The notes below the pieces were generated by a model. The model was not told the origin of the DNA, made no database searches, and was given only the letters and a program-made list of their open reading frames with translations. This document shows positions 40,179 through 53,964 of a stretch of DNA of 64,000 bases, in pieces. Each line of letters opens with the position of its first letter. The first letter of the stretch is position 1. The stretch comes from Octopus vulgaris (taxonomy: Eukaryota): contig OX597843.1 of the NCBI GenBank assembly GCA_951406725.2, forward strand, positions 15,562,001-15,626,000, written 5' to 3'. Position numbers and translations under genes: made by a program.

Positions 40179-40825
40179 CGTCAAAGAAATTTAGTAGCTA
40201 TGGAACTTAAAATCGTTTAAAAGCGACATTAACCGGAAATGATTAAAATATTGTTATACGATCAGACGATAGATTTTTCATCTGTTAGAATCAATCTCAC
40301 TTTTGCTCGATAACTATTGATCATCGATCTCTTCCCAAATACAATGTCAAAAGCCAACATTAAAATGAAGTACATTTCTAAATTCATTGTTAGACCCTCC
40401 AGTGTTCACATTGTCATCCACCATTCTCTTCCTGAAGAATCTCTGAAGCTTAAGCTGGATGTGCTAGAAATAGCAGCCAAATATTTCCTCTGAGCAGACG
40501 ATAGATTCATTTAACGATAGTGTCACTTCAGAAAATCAAGTTATCAATAACGATAATAATTTAAATGGTATATATAATGATTGACATGGAAGCAAACGAT
40601 ACAAATTCATTTAACAATAGTTCGTTTCAGAAAATTACTTTTGTGAAATAAAGTATATGATAGAGAAATTATAACAATTCTGAAGAGGAATTAAAGGTTT
40701 TAGCAGCTTTAAAGTTATGGGAAAAGAATTTTCGTTATCAAAGTAGCAATATTTTATACGAAAGAAGGATGACAGGCGAGGATTTTGTGGTGTGAAGGGT
40801 CTTCAATTGTATATATCCTGGTCTG

Positions 40826-40871
<46 letters not shown>

Positions 40872-42324
40872 TGCCTCTGTGTGTGTTATGCACTGAGATA
40901 TATAACGATTATAATAATGGACACAATTATATTCCAAACTTCTATAGGCGCGGGAGTGGCTGTGTGGTAAGTAGCTTGCTTACCAACCACATTGTTCCGG
41001 GTTCAGTCCCACTGCGTGGCACTCTGGGAGAGCGTCTTCTACTATAGCCTCGGCCGACTAAAGACTTGTGAGTGGATTTAGTAGACGGAAACTGAAAGAA
41101 GCCCGTTGTATATATGCATATATATATTTCTATGTGTGTGTTTGTGTGTCAGTGTTTGTCCCGCCCCCCAACATCGCTTGACAACCGATGCTGGTGTGTT
41201 TATGTCCCTGTAAGTTAGCGGTTCGGCAAAAGAGACCGATAGAAGAAGTACTAGGCTTACATGAATAAGTCCTTGGGTCGATTTACCCGACAAAAGGCGG
41301 TGCTCCAGCACGGCCACATTCAAATCACTGAAACAAGTAATAGAGTAAAAAAGAGAGAGAGAGAGCTCATCTGTACCCAAACATTCAATAGTTTGATGTC
41401 CTATTTTCATAGGATTGAGGGGAAGAGGGAGAGGAAAACATGCAGGGGCCACTAAACTGTTTAACGTATTTGTATCTGAGAAAGTCTCCAGTATTCTTGA
41501 TGCCTTCTGCAAAAAGTGAAAGATAAAAAAGGAAATTGGAAAAAAAAAATAATTGTCTTCCAGTATCTGTGTGTGTGTCTGTGTGCGTGTGTGTGTGTGT
41601 CTGTGTGTGTTTGTGTGTGATGCAATGAGATACATAACCATGCCTATAAGTTTCTTTAATATAAAACTGAAGTGAATATTAATGATAATATTAAATGACA
41701 ATATTAATATTTTACATTCCACCGGTATCAGTATCTGAGTCTAAAGTTATAATTACTGCATACTGGTGGTACAGTTTTCAACAAGCAGGATGTAACCTGA
41801 TGCTAATGCTTATGATATACATGCAGCAGAAAGGCGTGTCGTTCACAGGTTTAAAATAACTAAATTGCATTGTATATAAAATATGCTAAAAAGTAAGTTA
41901 CTTCATGTGTAACATTTAATTCTTATTTTAATGTCTTTTACACAGGATAAAACCCGAAATAGTGAACTCGGAATTTTGGAACTAAGTGAAAGACAATGAT
42001 TGTTTACCATAAAGATTTTCCCGTTTTGCCGGACCATTCTATGTGGTTTACCAGAGCCTGGATTGTAGTACAATGCTTGTAAGTTGCTTTCCATGATTTG
42101 ATTTTCCTCTCCCTTTATATTATGTATATGTGTGTGTGAAAGTGTGTGTCTGCGTGTGTGTTTGTGTGTGTGAAAATAAGTAAATGTAAATGAATGTATA
42201 TATGTGTGTATATATATATATATGTATATCGATATATGGAGAGACGTAATAGATAGAGAGGTAGAAAGATAAAGATACAGACAATGATTGATAGAGAGAT
42301 AGCTAGACAGACACATGATAGTTT

Positions 42325-42398
<74 letters not shown>

Positions 42399-42625
42399 AA
42401 TATAAAGATAGTTAGATAGATAGATAGAGAGAAAGATGGAAAGATAGAGATAGATAGTCATAGATAGACAATGATAGATAGATAGATAGATAGATAGATA
42501 GAGATATATAGACATAGATAGATAGATAGATTGATTGATAGATAGATAGATAAATAGATACATAGATAGATAGATAGATGGATAGATAGAGATAGATGGA
42601 CATAGGTAGATAGATAGATAGATAT

Positions 42626-44127
42626 GTTTCTTTATTAGCCACACAGGGCTGCACACAGACAGAACAAATTACAAGGTAGAGCTTTTCTTTTGGGTGTAAA
42701 AAAAAAGGGGGTTGGGTTTCGATCAAAAGGGATCGTAAAAGGAAAGAAAGAGGACAAAAAAAGGGGAGGATTTTTTTAAAAAAGGGGGGAGAGGGAAAAA
42801 AATAAAAGGAAAGGGGAGAGGAAAAAAAGTTGATCAATAGGGATCGTAATCACAGAAATGTCAATATGAAGTGTAAAGAAAAGCCTACGGAAAAGACCAC
42901 GGTAACCTCGGTCAATGAAGTCACATGTTATATTTCTTTCTTTTATTTTTTCTTGCAAATAAGCAACTCTCTGTATTAATTTTTACGGTTCATAGAATCA
43001 TAGTCAAGGTGGCTTCGTCATTCATACGTGCCATCCTTGCTACATTCACCCATCTTTTTTTAAAACATTCGCTAGACAAAATTTGCCTCTCTACTCTCAC
43101 TTTCCTCTTCATGTGATACTTGAAGAAGTTGATGAGAGATTGACCAGAGAGGAAAGTGTTTGTCTCCAATCCTTTCGGGCGCGTCCACCAGATACATTCT
43201 TTCGCTATTGCCACAAGTATGATAAAAATAGCTCTTCCTTCCCGTTTGAAGGAAGGAGGCGTGACGATATTAACGATAGACTCGGTTGATAAACCGACAC
43301 GTCCCACACGTGACAGCAGTCGTTCGACATAAGCCCACAGGTCGGAAATTGCTGGACACTGAACGATTGCGTGCAGAGTGGTTTCGTCGCTCTGCCCGCA
43401 TCTCGGGCAGGTCGGCCCCGTGTTTCTCGAGCCATGCCTATAGAGCTTATCCCGAACGGGTAGCGCTTCTCGGTAGCACCGCCAGACCAGTGATCTCTAG
43501 AAGTTGTCCATAGGTCCCGGGCCGAAAGTCGTTTGAAACAGGCGGGTCAGGTATTCCTCGTCGACGCCCAGGTTTCCCACCAGATCGTCGTCGTACCTCC
43601 CCTCCACTAATCCCCTATAGAATTCTTTGGTTGTGTTGAAGTCACTCAAGGTCGACCTGGGACGGCAGAGTTGCTTGAGAGCAACGCGACACTCGCGGTG
43701 CCATTCGCCCTTCCTCGGCCTCTTTTTGATCCACGACTGTTGTTCGGTCATGGAGACGAGTTGCGGGAATGCGTGCCTCACAAACGGTGACCACACCTGT
43801 TCACCGTCGTCTACATAGAGCCGGAGATGTCGCAGTCTCAGCGCGTGTCTGCGCATCATCAACCACGGCATGCCCAGCCCTTCTTTTAACGGGTGTTGGC
43901 AGCAAATGGATCGCCTGACCATCGGGACGCATCCTTTCCACAAGAAGCGGAAGAGGATGCGTTCTAGTTTGGTGATGGTAGGGTCGGGACAAGGTACGAC
44001 GGTCAGGCGGTAGTAGATGATGGACGCGATGTAGGCTTTCGCCACCTCCGCCCGACCTTTTAGGGACACTTTCCTCTCGGCCCATTGCTGGGCGAGAGTG
44101 ACCACCCTACTCGTTATCTCGTTCCAG
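42626..44127 (-). mobile_element. 5'-truncated Tx1/L1-clade LINE (family 1), duplicate
   Basis: ORFs 43497-44279 and 42990-43307; CAG>TAG stop at ~43497. Confidence 0.93.
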
Positions 44128-44156
44128 ATAGATAGATAGATATGTAGATATATAGG

Positions 44157-44234
<78 letters not shown>

Positions 44235-45044
44235 TAGATATAGATAGAAGATCGATTGATTGATCGATAGATAGATCATTTTCTATTGTTGCATCCTTTA
44301 AAATTTCAGGAACACAAACCATAGAGCTTCAATCCCCGTTCGCTGTCTTCGATGAGATCCGACAATTCTAATTTATGGCGTAGAATTTAAACCATAGCTG
44401 TAAACAATTCCTTACGTTTGTCATCCGTTCGGTTGCGCCTATGCTGGGGCACTGCCTTAAAGTGTTTTAGTCGCACAAATCGACCCCAGTATTTGTTGTT
44501 AAGCCTGCTGCGTATTCTTGCGATCCCTTCCGCTGATTTGCCTACAGTTACGCAACTTTATACTTTTGATTTTTTTTTTATTACTTACCAGAAAAAGAAA
44601 AACATGACTGCAATTATCGTCAGCGGCAGGCAATTCTGAATCAGACGTAAATGCTTTGAAAATGACGTGGTAAAAATGTGAAAAGTTTCAAGTGGTTTTA
44701 AGGAATTTAACAAGATATCGATCGGCCAAATTACTGGGACGTAAAAAACCGGAACCTGTTCCCAAGCGGTCATAGTGGATAAACTGAAACACATACACAT
44801 ATACATACACACGCTCACATATACATAGATATATACATATATGTCAAAATATATATATATATATATATACATAAGTGTGTGTGTGTGTGTGTGTATATAT
44901 AACAAAGTAAGTTTGGGGCTACTAATAAATATATATAATTGAAATATAGGATAAAATTTTTACGAGGATTTATCAAGTAGTTATCGTGAAAAACCTCAGA
45001 AGGGATAACTTATTAATTATTCCCTATGAATATATTTATGTATA

Positions 45045-45383
45045 TTAAGGGCATTACTTATACATAAATGCCTCACGCTAGGAGGGTCTCTTGAAGTCAT
45101 AACTACTATAATGCCCACATTGTACAAAACGCGAGGGAATGCAACTCTCAAAGCGAGCCTCCAGAAAAAGACGTTGCTGAACATCATATGATTCCGTAAT
45201 TAGTGCACAAAATCCACTTTTCACTCATCAGCGCAGCCTTTGTCAAGACATAAAATTTAACAAAAATCAACATACCAGACGAACTCTTGTATCCTTGCGT
45301 TTGATACAATGTGGTTATTATAGTAGTGTTGACTTCAAGAGTCCCTCTTAGCGCGAGGCATTTCTATATAGTAATGCCCTTAA
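45045..45383. mobile_element. Complete MITE with long imperfect TIRs and TTAA flanks (Kolobok-like termini)
   Basis: ttaa|gggcattact..aaatgcctcacgctaggagggtctcttgaagtca..actactataat pairs with attatagtagtgttgacttcaagagtccctcttagcgcgaggcattt..agtaatgccc|ttaa. Confidence 0.8.
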
Positions 45384-46318
45384 TATAAATAAATACATGT
45401 ATATATATATATATATATAGACGTGCGTATGTATATGTGTTTATATGTATATATATACATATTCATATATATATTTTATTTTCTATTTTAGATACAGGTT
45501 TTCACTGTATATAGAAACACTTCGAAGTGCTGAAGAGATTAGAACTTGAGACTTTAGATACGTAAAGAAACGATAAGCAAGCTAGATATTTATCTACATT
45601 TACATATGAAGATACATTGAATGGAAATTTATAAGGTAAACGTGTGTGGATATTAAGAAGAAATAGTCCAATTATCAGATAAAACAGTATCACAAATAGT
45701 ATAGGTAGAGTTTTAAATGTTCTACGGCCGTTTCAGGGATCTTTTTGGTCCTGATATATGACAGATATCAGGGACCATTGTTGGATAACATCACCTCTCC
45801 GGAGGAAGAACTTTATATTAAAGGTTTTGCATTTAAAATGTTGTCATGATATTGGTTAAAGACCGATTGATTTTATAGAGGGCTATATTTAATAGGAAGG
45901 GGAGTTAGGGATGTTTAGACAGAGAATAGTTGCAGGATGGAGAAAATAGATTTCAAGATCATAAGACCACTGATGGTATTAAAGGTGAGAGTGGTAGAAA
46001 GTGGATTAGTTTATGTCCAAGTTAAATTAGTGAAAAAAGGATGGACTTAAGCGGTTCGATATCAGATAAGGGTTTGAGAGGGAGGTTATATGTTCTATTC
46101 TAGGCTTTCCGTCCGACTCATTTGCCTCAGAAAATCCGATTTGGGTCGAGTTAGTTAATGCATTATTGACCGTATTATACACCGTGTCAGGAATAACGTT
46201 GAGCTCCCGCTATGGAATTGCACATGAGACGTTATTTTTGGTTTCCCTCTTTCCACCATAAACACACGAATTTCCTTCAGTTTGACATGTCAAATTATTG
46301 CAATATTTACAATTGACA

Positions 46319-46530
46319 AGGCGCCGAGTTGGCAGAAACGTTTGCACGCAGGGCAAAATGCTTAGCGTTCTGTTTTTACGTTATGAGTTCAAAATTCCGC
46401 CGATTTCGACTTTACCTTTCATCCTTTCGGGTTTGAAACATTAAGTACCCGTTGCATAGTAGGGTCGATCGAATCAGTTGGGCGCTACCCCAAAATTTCG
46501 GGCTTTGTGACTAGAGTAGATAAGAATAAT
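46319..46530 (+). mobile_element. Decayed SINE family 1
   Basis: ggcgccgagttggcagaaacg..gagttcaaaattccgccga..tttcatcctttcggg..aagtacc. Confidence 0.7.
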
Positions 46531-46569
46531 TACAATCGACGGACAGGTGTCCTCATCTTGTTAGTTGTT

Positions 46570-46615
46570 ACTACAACGTTTCGGCTGAGGAATTCTCCAG
46601 CCTTCTTCAGATGTC
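46570..46615 (-). ncRNA. Minimal (Penelope-type) hammerhead motif, probably decayed
   Basis: Minus strand GACAU-CUGAAGA-A-GGCUG..CAGCC-GAAAC-GUU-GUAGU. Palindromic AACGUU stem III; stem I has a mismatch and there is an extra A before stem II. Confidence 0.5.
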
Positions 46616-46698
46616 CTCTCAACAATAAAGTGTAGACATCAACCCGTCCAATTCAAATATCATACATAATTCCTCAACTCTAAATTATAAAACAGAGG

Positions 46699-47884
46699 CA
46701 GCTCAGATTTTCGTCAAAGAAAAGCGACTCAGACATATATATTCATATATATCATGATGATGATGAAGAAGAGAGAAAGAGAGAGAGATAGAGAGATAGA
46801 GATAGAGAGAGAGAGAGACTTATTTTATCGAACTTTCGTTAGCTTTGGCTGCCATTTCTAGCATATGGATAGCCTTCTTGACGGCCTGATCGATTTGCTC
46901 GACTAAAGGCGGTGCTCCAGCATGGCCACTGTCAAATGACTGAAACAAGTAAAATAAAATAACATATATATAGGCACAGGAGTGGCTGTGTGGTAAGTAG
47001 CTTGCTTACCAACCACATGGTTCCTGGTTCAGTCCCACTGCGTGGCATCTCGGGCAAGTGTCTTCTGCTATAACCCCGGGCCGTCCAATGCCTTGTGAGT
47101 GGATTTGGTAGACGGAAACTGAAAGAAGCCTGTCGTATATATGTATATATATGTATGTGTGTGTATGTGTTTGTATGTCTGTGTTTGTCCCCCTAGAATT
47201 GCTTGACAACAGATGCTGGTGTGTTTACGTCCCCGTCACTTAGCGGGTCGGCAAAAGAGACCGATAGAATAAGTACTGGGCTAACGAAGAATAAGTCCCG
47301 GGGTTGATTTGCTCGACTAAAGGCGGTGCTCCAGCATGGCCACTGTCAAATGACTGAAACAAGTAAAATAAAATAACGGAAACTGAAAGAAGCCCGTCGT
47401 ATATATGTATATATATGTGTATGTGCGTGTATGTGTCTGTGTTTGTCCCCCTAGCATTGCTTGACAACAGATGCTGGTGTGTTTACGTCCCCGTCACTTA
47501 GCGGTTCGGCAAAAAAGAGACCGCTAGAATAAGTACTGGGCTTACAAAGAATAAGTCCCGGGGTCGAGTTACTCGATTAAAGGCGGTGCTCCAGCATGGC
47601 CGCAGTCAAAATGACTGAAACAAGTAAAAGAGAAAGAGAAAGAGAATATATATATACATATATGGCTGCTATTTTTAGCAAGTTAAAATTACCTGTTAAA
47701 GGGTAATATTCTATTTTGAAATATATAAACATATATATATTTGTGTGTGTGTGTGTGTGTGTGTGTTTGTCTGCGTGTATTGTCCGCATATATATATATA
47801 TATATATATAAATGGATAGATTGATAGATAGTTAGATAGATAGATACATGCATACATACACACATACATACATATATACAGACT

Positions 47885-47915
<31 letters not shown>

Positions 47916-48408
47916 CTGTGTGTGTGTGTGTGTAGCTTAGCTTTAGACGAAATACCTATTTTTAAATACCGATGAGGGGTGTGTTGTCGCCCTTCGCAGC
48001 AACTTAACTGGACAACAGGATGTTCATTGAAGCGTAAATTGGCTGTGGCTGCAAATGTAATTAAAATGTAATTAAAATACCTTACTCTTCTGCCAAAACA
48101 AGTGTATATACACACACATACATGTATACATACATACATACATACATACATGCATGCATGCATACACAGGCGTATACACAAATGTATGCATACACACACA
48201 CATACATACGTATATATATATGACGATCTAATTCGTATTTTCTCAGATGCAGCTCAGATTTTCGTCAATGAAAAGCGACTCAGACATATATATTCATATA
48301 TATCATGATGATGATGATGAAAAAGAGAGAGAAAGACTTATTTTATCGAACTTTCGTTAGCTTTGGCTGCCATTTCTAGCATAGAGAGAGAGAAAGAGAG
48401 AAAGAGAT

Positions 48409-48439
<31 letters not shown>

Positions 48440-49005
48440 CTTATTTTATCGAACTTTCGTTAGCTTTGGCTGCCATTTCTAGCATATGGATAGCCTTCTT
48501 GACGGCCTGATCGATTTGCTCGACTAAAGGCGGTGCTCCAGCATGGCCACTGTCAAATGACTGAAACAAGTAATATAAAATAACATATATATAGGCACAG
48601 GAGTGGCTGTGTGGTAAGTAGCTTGCTTACCAACCACATGGTTCCTGGTTCAGTCCCACTGCGTGGCATCTCAGGCAAGTGTCTTCTGCTATAACCCCGG
48701 GCCGTCCAATGCCTTGTGAGTGGATTTGGTAGACGGAAACTGAAAGAAGCCCGTCGTATATATGTATATATATATATATATGTGTATGTGCGTGTGTGTG
48801 TCTGTGTTTGTCCCCCTAGAATTGCTTGACAACAGATGCTGGTGTGTTTACGTCCCCGTCACTTAGCGGGTCGGCAAAAGAGACCGATAGAATAAGTACT
48901 GGGCTTACGAAGAATAAGTCCCGGGGTCGAGTTGCTCGATTAAAGGCGGTGCTCCAGCATGGCCGCAGTCAAATGACTGAAACAAGTAAAAGAATAAAAG
49001 AGAGA
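46699..49005 (+). repeat. Local duplication carrying SINE family 2 copies (46699-47640 vs 48250-49005)
   Basis: cagctcagattttcgtcaa..gcgactcagacat repeats at ~46699 and ~48250. SINEs at ~46973 and ~48593; the SINE 3' half is duplicated at ~47377-47635. Confidence 0.85.
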
Positions 49006-49010
49006 TAGAA

Positions 49011-49790
49011 CTAGGCCTTGGATGGTATAAATGTAATGTAGTATGTAATAAAGGTGCAGAAGCTATGATAAGGAGGGAAATTGGGTTCAAGTTAACTTTG
49101 TAAGATAAAAACCCTATTTCTGTCACTTATTGCAATCTTCACTGAGAGGTGTTTGTTTCTCAGAAAATATTTCCAGATACTTTTGCAATATTACAAGAAG
49201 CGGTTAAAATTATTAACGTTATTAAAATTCTTGTTCTCAATAGTTTCCTCTTCTGTGAGGAAATGGCATCCAATTTCAGCCAAGTTTTATGAAGAACAGA
49301 AGTGTGATGAATCTGAAATAGAGAAGCTTTGAACCAATTGTTAGAACTTTAAAAAAATGAAGACATAATATTCCTGCTGGGATTAAATTCAGATTTGTTC
49401 CACAATGAAGATTCGTTATACAAATTATTCTATTTGTCAGACATTTTTGGACAGCTTAATAAACGTAATATGTCTGTACAAAAGGGAAAAACACTGAAAT
49501 TTTTTATTTAACCCTTTAGCATTTAAACCGGCCATATCCGGCCAAAAATATTCTTCCTGTTTTATGTTCAAACGAGCCCTATCTGGTCTCTCACACCAAC
49601 CCTACAATATTGTTTTAAAAATGAACAGCTACCTCATCAAAATCTCATAGCTACAAGATAATGCATGATTAGTTCAAAACAATGAGGAGGAAAAAGGATT
49701 AACTTTTGCAGAATAATGTGAACACTAAACGGTTAAATAAAAGACTCAAGCTTTCATTTAAGACAAATGAAACACATGGTTGATCGTAAA
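49011..49790 (+). pseudogene. hAT-Charlie/Buster (ZBED5/SCAND3-like) transposase fragment with stops
   Basis: Manual translation GWYKCNVVCNKGAEAM..TYCNLH*EVF..LQEAVKIINVIK..LNSFLFCEEMAS..TEV**..KLFYLSDIFGQLNKRNMSVQ matches Charlie motifs CTDGAxAM, HCxxHRE, TEVRW, LAYLxDIF. Interrupted by a MITE. Confidence 0.85.
49508..49736 (+). mobile_element. piggyBac-like MITE nested in the hAT fragment
   Basis: ttaa|ccctttagcatt ... aacactaaacgg|ttaa (TTAA on both sides, CCC-type terminus). Confidence 0.7.
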
Positions 49791-50707
49791 GTCAGATTCC
49801 ACTTCCTCGCAGCTGAATTTCCACGAGATACCTGTGCATCTGTCTCAATCTTCCACCCCCGACCAGATAATTCTGCCGTCGACCTACATGCTGTTAACAA
49901 TGGGAACCGGCTTCTTATACATTTTAAGTCGTTGGTGCTTCAAGGAGTCGAGGCTTAGGGTACATGTCAGCTGCAGATGGACAGCTACTTTCTCTGTCAT
50001 TGTCGGTCTTAGGTCAGGTGAGGACGGTTCTGATGGTTGGGTAGGGCTGCAACATAACACTCAGAGAGAAAGAAAGAAAGAATTAGAGAAAGAGAGAGAG
50101 AGAGAAATGTTAGTGAGGAAAAGAGACGACTCAGATGGTGCTTGGATTTGACGGTAATGTCCCACCGACACGCACAGATGCGGGAGAGGACATCCGAGAA
50201 GCTTTCCGACTGGAACAGCGATTTCCAGCAGAAGATCCGTGTTGAGAAGGCAGCCATTCTCACAGATGTGTGCGACGCACCGAATTTGTTTCCTCATAAC
50301 TCCCCGACAAACAGTCATTATTTAATTAAATTTTCTGTAAATACCCTTCAGATGGTGATCATTCTGATTATATCAGAATTTGTAGTGAAACAAATTTGTC
50401 TGTCGGCGGAAAGATGAGTTTCGTAAAATTCACACGAATTGTCTGTGTTTGCTCAGAACTTTAAGAAAAATGGGTTATTTTCTAAGGTAATTTTCTACAA
50501 ATACGTTACAGTGTGTGTAAAATGCGATTGTATTGGAATTTAATGTGGAAAGAAAAAATAATGAGCACACACACACACACACACACACTGACGCACATCA
50601 CAATTTTTTCCAAATTTCAAGTTTCCTTTTGTCGATATGTGACCTGTTGTACTACGTATTTGTAATAATCCACCAAATTAATTTTCTCATATTCATTTCC
50701 GATATGA

Positions 50708-52072
50708 TTTTTCACGCTGAGAGTTGCTGAAGCATGGAACAAACTGCCGGCATCAGTTGTTAGTTGTCTGAGCACTGCATCCTTCAAAACTTTCATGCTT
50801 TCTGAGATTCACCAACACTACACCTGATTTTCTCCCCTCCATACACACACAAGCATGTAACAACCTGCCGGCATCAGTTGTTAATTGTCTGAGCACTGCA
50901 TCCTTCAAAACTTCCATGCTTTCTGAGATTCGCCAACACTACACCTGATTTTCTCCCCTCCATACACACGCAAGCATGGAACAAACTGCCGGCATCAGTT
51001 GTTAATTGTCTGAGCACTGCATCCTTCAAAACTTTAATGCTTTCTGAGATTCGCCAACACTACACCTGATTTTCTCCCCTCCATACACACACAAGCATGG
51101 AACAACCTGCCGGCATCAGTTGTTAGTTGTCTGAGCACTGCATCCTTCAAAACTTTCATGCTTTCTGAGATTCGCCAACACTACACCTGATTTCCTCACC
51201 TCCATACACACGCAAGCATGGAACAAACTGCCGGTATCAGTTGTTAATTGTCTGAGCACTGCATCCTTCAAAACGTCCATGCTTTCTGAGATTCGCCAAC
51301 ACTACACCTGATTTTCTCCCCTCCATACACACACAAGCATGGAACAACCTGCCGGCATCAGTTGTTAATTGTCTGAGCACTGCATCCTTCAAAACTTCCA
51401 TGCTTTCTGAGATTCGCCAACACTACACCTGATTTTCTCCCCTCCATACACACGCAAGCATGGAACAAACTGCCGGCATCAGTTGTTAATTGTCTGAGCA
51501 CTGCATCCTTCAAAACTTTCATGCTTTCTGAGATTCGCCAACACTACACCTGATTTTCTCCCCTCCATACACACACAAGCATGGAACAACCTGCCGGCAT
51601 CAGTTGTTAATTGTCTGAGCACTGCATCCTTCAAAACGTCCATGCTTTCTGAGATTCGCCAACACTACACCTGATTTTCTCCCCTCCATACACACACAAG
51701 CATGGAACAACCTGCCGGCATCAGTTGTTAATTGTCTGAGCACTGCATCCTTCAAAACGTCCATGCTTTCTGAGATTCGCCAACACTACACCTGATTTTC
51801 TCCCCTCCATACACACGCAAGCATGGAACAAACTGCCGGCATCAGTTGTTAGTTGTCTGAGCACTGCATCCTTCAAAACTTTCATGCTTCCTGAGATTCG
51901 CCAACACTACATCTGATTTCCTCCCCTCCATACACACACAAGCATGTATCTAACTCATACATTGTTCGCTTTCCATACATTTGTACATTACAGCATACAC
52001 CTTATACGCACTTTCTGACAAGTTGTGGTGCACCTGAGCACTGTATACAATAATTTCATTATTATTATTATT
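50708..52072 (+). mobile_element. CR1/L2-like LINE 3' end with (ATT)n tail
   Basis: FTLRVAEAWNKLPASVVSCLSTASFK matches the RVxxxWNxLPxxVV..SxxxFK C-terminus of CR1-group ORF2. The UTR ends cattattattatta. Confidence 0.8.
50731..51940 (+). repeat. 10 x 121 bp tandem repeat derived from the LINE 3' end
   Basis: agcatg recurs every 121 bp from 50731 to 51941; units are nearly identical. Confidence 0.95.
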
Positions 52073-52780
52073 TTATAATTGTAATCGACACACTCTGAAA
52101 GGCATTTATCGAAAAGTCCATAAAAAATTTACTAATTTTCTAAAAGTTGTGACAAAAGCCAGACGCCTTGTGTGAGTTTTCCAAAACTCCTCACATCGAA
52201 GAAGGAAAAATGTTTTCATCAAATATTTCGATATAATCGCAATTTACAGCATCAGAAGCTCAGTTTTAGAAAATATAATTTAAAATCTCCAATTTTCTGG
52301 AAGCTCTGAGGCAGGAAATTCGGGTGTCAAACATCTGAAGCAATACCGAAAGGCATTTAATATCTTCACACTGAACTCCTTCATAACCGTCGAGATGCGT
52401 CAATTTCCGTCGATTTCCGTTCTCGTAGCTCTTTCCCGGCAACACAGCTCCGTCACACATCCATGAGACCGGCCTGCGATGAGTAAAAACAGTGTGTCGA
52501 GATGTTTCGGTGGTAGAGGCGTGGTCACTATGAGATGAATTGTTCTCCGTTAGATGGCATTCACTTGTTTCCTGTTCTATTCTCATCACTTCCGGTCTGA
52601 TCCCTTTCCTTCTCGAAGTTTACTTTCACATTTTTGCAGCTTAAAATAGGACGACAACCAGTGCACGGCTGCACTAAACTGCACTTTCATTGCATATTCT
52701 TGCTCCCTTCTCTTTGTAGTGGACAGTCAATGGCTAATCTTTGCAGTTATCTGACCAAATGCCAATTATAAAATAGAAAC

Positions 52781-52909
52781 TATTAGATTGAGGGAAATGT
52801 CTGTGCGTCGTGTTAAAATAATGATTGTTTTATGCAAGAATTTATTCAAAAGCAACAAATATTCTTCAAAATAAAGACCAAACGCACGAACTTTTTCCTC
52901 AACTTAATA
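52781..52909. mobile_element. Mariner-type MITE
   Basis: TIRs tattagattgagggaaatgtctgtgcgt / acgcacgaactttttcctcaacttaata, TA at both ends. Confidence 0.75.
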
Positions 52910-53569
52910 AATAAATTTTGAAGCAATTAAAGAAATCAGAGGTTTCATTTAGTATGCGATGTTTGGCTGCTATTTCTAGCAGCTGCCTCCACAATAGGTG
53001 CAGGGTGCAGTGTGAAGATTACGAGGAGGAAATTAAGGGCTAAGAATTGCAATATTAAACCCTTCGATCTATTATTTACATTAAATCATTTTTGGAAATC
53101 TTCAAATTCTGCGCAAGAAAAAAATAGAATTTAAAGCGAAAAGGGATTCAATAAGAGTTATTGTTCTTACCCTTTCAACGTTGACTCATCCCACCACTTA
53201 GCATAATGTAGACTGACTCCGCCGATTTTGCTTTCTTTATTAACTCATACCCTTCCCCTATTACTAAATATATATCGTCCAATAAGCGCGCTCTCCCTCT
53301 TTGTCTCTTTCTCTTCGCCTCCCTCTCCCACCTCCTCATATATTACCCAATGCTTCCCCCTCCCTTGCTTTTACTCTTAATTCCCTCTGTCTGTACCTCA
53401 CTGAACCCTTAATGCATTTTCATACTCTTTCTCCCTCCCCTACAAAACATATCCTCCCACTTCTCCCTCTTTGTCTCCTTTCTCTCAGAACCTCATTATA
53501 TATTCATTTTAATCACCGCCCACCTCCCTTGGAAAAGCGTTCACCTCTTCCTCTCCCTCACTAACTGTC

Positions 53570-53932
53570 TCTCTCTCTCTCTCTCTCTCTCACGCATTCT
53601 GTCTCTCTCTCTCTCCCACTCTCTGCTTCCTCATACATTAATATATCCCTCCCCTTCCCTAGGCTTTCTCTCTCTCACTCTTTCTTCCTTTCTATCTCTC
53701 TCTCTCTCTCACGCATTCTGTCTCTCTCTCTCTCCCACTCTCATTCTTTCTCTGCTTCCTCATACATTAATATATCCCTCCCCTTCCCTAGGCTTTCTCT
53801 CTCTCACTCTTTCTTCCTTTCTTTCTCTCTCTCTCTCTCTCTCTCTCCCACTCTCATTCTTTCTCTCCTTCCTCATACATTAATATATCCCTCCCCTTCC
53901 CTAGGCTTTCTCTCTCTCACTCTTTCTTCCTT

Positions 53933-53964
<32 letters not shown>

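Noticed and set aside
49790-50320. Short ORFs with coding-like composition
   Set aside because: Could not be assigned; probably decayed TE sequence.
50731-51940. Regular array as possible CRISPR
   Set aside because: Whole 121 bp units are near-identical, with no unique spacers and no cas genes; the context is a eukaryotic LINE.
52266-52589. 107-aa non-repetitive ORF
   Set aside because: No recognisable domain, the frame is closed just upstream and there are no clear splice sites; blastx would be needed.
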